Positions 62,294-64,000 of a DNA stretch of 64,000 nucleotides are shown here, piece by piece. This DNA is from Chiloscyllium plagiosum (taxonomy: Eukaryota), in contig NC_057718.1 in the NCBI RefSeq assembly GCF_004010195.1, positions 93,460,561 through 93,524,560 of the forward strand, written 5' to 3'. How positions within the stretch are numbered: position 1 is the first letter of the stretch; the number at the start of each line of letters is the position of its first letter. The notes beneath the pieces are model-generated. The model made no database searches. It was not told the DNA's origin and saw only the letters and a program-made list of their open reading frames with translations. The translations under genes and the position numbers were made by a program.

Positions 62294-64000
62294 AAACCTC
62301 TTAGAAGGTTAACGCTTATAGTAAAGAGGTAGAGACATGCACGATGATCTCACAATGAAACCATTAGTCACATTTAAAACTCCGAGGAGACAGGTAGAAT
62401 AGTGCGTATGGGAGAGAGAGAGAGAGAAAGGGAGAGAGAGAGTGATGTATTTATCTATAAATGTAGAATGTACTATATTGCAAAGGAAGCTGTTTTGATG
62501 AGTTTTTTTTAGCAGAGTTAGACTACGCCATTCGTACATTGATAGAAAGCTTCCTGAACCAGAACAGACCAAAAGTGACCTGAGGAGAGATCCAAATTGT
62601 ATACAAAGTGGAATCAAATCCCAAGCCGGAAATGAGTAAAGGGAAATAGGTGGGATTGGATACATTCTCCACAAAGTGAGAAAAAAACAGACGTGCAATC
62701 AAAGTGAAAGATTGTAAATCAAACAACGTAGGAAGGAAGGGTCACCCAACCTGAAATGTTAACTCTGATTTCTCTCCACAGACACTGCCAGACCTGCTGA
62801 GCTTTTCCAGCAATTTCTGCTTTTGTTTTTGATTTCCAGCATCCACAGTTCTTTCGGATTTTACTGGTGAATAGTTGGTGTAGCATGCGGCAAAGACTGT
62901 CAGATGTAATTCGACAAACTCAGGAACATTATTTTCTGCTTATTCCCACAGAAGGCAATGAAGATGAGTGTCTCATGCTTGAGGAACATGGAGAAATAAT
63001 GCATACGTTTATAAATGGAAGGTATAAAGCTCTGGAACATAAAAGTCACAAGTCTTCTGGTTTCCTTAAGTAACTCACACTTAACAAATCAGATCGTAAG
63101 TCCTTCATATCATGTCCTAAAAACTCGATAATGATTTTTCTTGACCTTATCTGTGTCTTTTAGACATTCTCAAGTTTGTTCTCATAGGTAGGGTTTTCCA
63201 TTTCTGGTAAAATCTTGGTGAATCTACAAAGTTGACAATTTTTTTTTTGTCCTTTTGTAATAGACTCCAGAGCTAACTATGGCCTTCATACAGTCCAAAT
63301 GATCCTGATTGGTGATATACATTTGCACATCATTTTCTAGCTTTGTTTAAATATCAATGACTTGCATGAGAAGTGTTTAACCTGTGAGATTTGTGCAACA
63401 TTACTTGCTCAGTTGCAACCGAGTTGTTCATCAGACCTGTTCTATCTTGTAATTCCAGTTTGACGTGTATTGCTATTGTCCTATTCCACCATGCCAAACA
63501 GACTGTTGTCATACAATCATATGAAACATGCTGAACCCCTATTCTTTCATTGGTTAAAATATTAGAAAGGAATTGGGTTTTGTTCTGTTTTTCAAATTAA
63601 TTCAGATCTTGTGTGGTTCACTTTTGCTTTGAATTAGAAGGGCAGGGGGTCAGCCCTCAGTCCTGATACATCCACACTGCTGCATCACTGCAATACTGTT
63701 GATTTGCTACATGATCAAAAGCACTTCAATCCTGGCTCCCACTGAGAGTCTGTCTGCTCTCTGCTACAAATAATGCATGTTTACTGGCTTCCATACATTG
63801 CTCACAAACACACTTACAGCACAGGTAGAGGTCACATGACCACAGCAAGTGAGCCAAAACAGAAAGGGTGCAATTGTAGTTCTCCAAAATCCTTTCCTTT
63901 AAAAAAATCTATTGCTTGCACCATCATTTGCAGTTGCACTTATTGCAAGTTATCTGATGTTTATGGTTGCAAGTAAAATCATTATTCATTAACTAAAGCG

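Noticed and set aside
62510..62640. AELDYAIRTLIESF, faintly S100-like
   Set aside because: Early stop, no EF-hand loop, and exon structure does not fit S100 genes.

Overview
Repeat-dense eukaryotic genomic DNA, almost certainly from a shark (elasmobranch). The young HE1-type V-SINEs and CR1-clade LINE tails resemble those of bamboo/carpet sharks (inference from recalled repeat sequence, not a search). No host protein-coding gene can be identified with confidence; the window looks intronic or intergenic, with a few unvalidated exon candidates and two assembly gaps (32198-32643, 52614-52869). It contains many CR1 fragments (one with a ~420-codon open RT stretch), HE1 SINEs, a second tRNA-headed SINE, Deu-domain SINE relics, L2 and Tx1 relics, a Harbinger transposase relic, a Tc1/pogo-type MITE, solo LTRs and many Penelope-like elements (PLEs) whose terminal repeats carry minimal hammerhead ribozyme motifs. 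Most notable: (1) a TSD-bounded Penelope insertion enclosing the U5-PBS(Ser)-leader of an LTR retroelement; (2) short PLE copies whose 5' ends cluster at the hammerhead core; (3) a SINE that appears to be tRNA head + LINE 5'UTR + LINE 3' tail, with an apparently ORF1-less LINE 5' end in the same window; (4) an LTR expanded into a satellite-like array; (5) several template-switch-like rearrangements. Boundaries were read by eye and are approximate unless a TSD is quoted.
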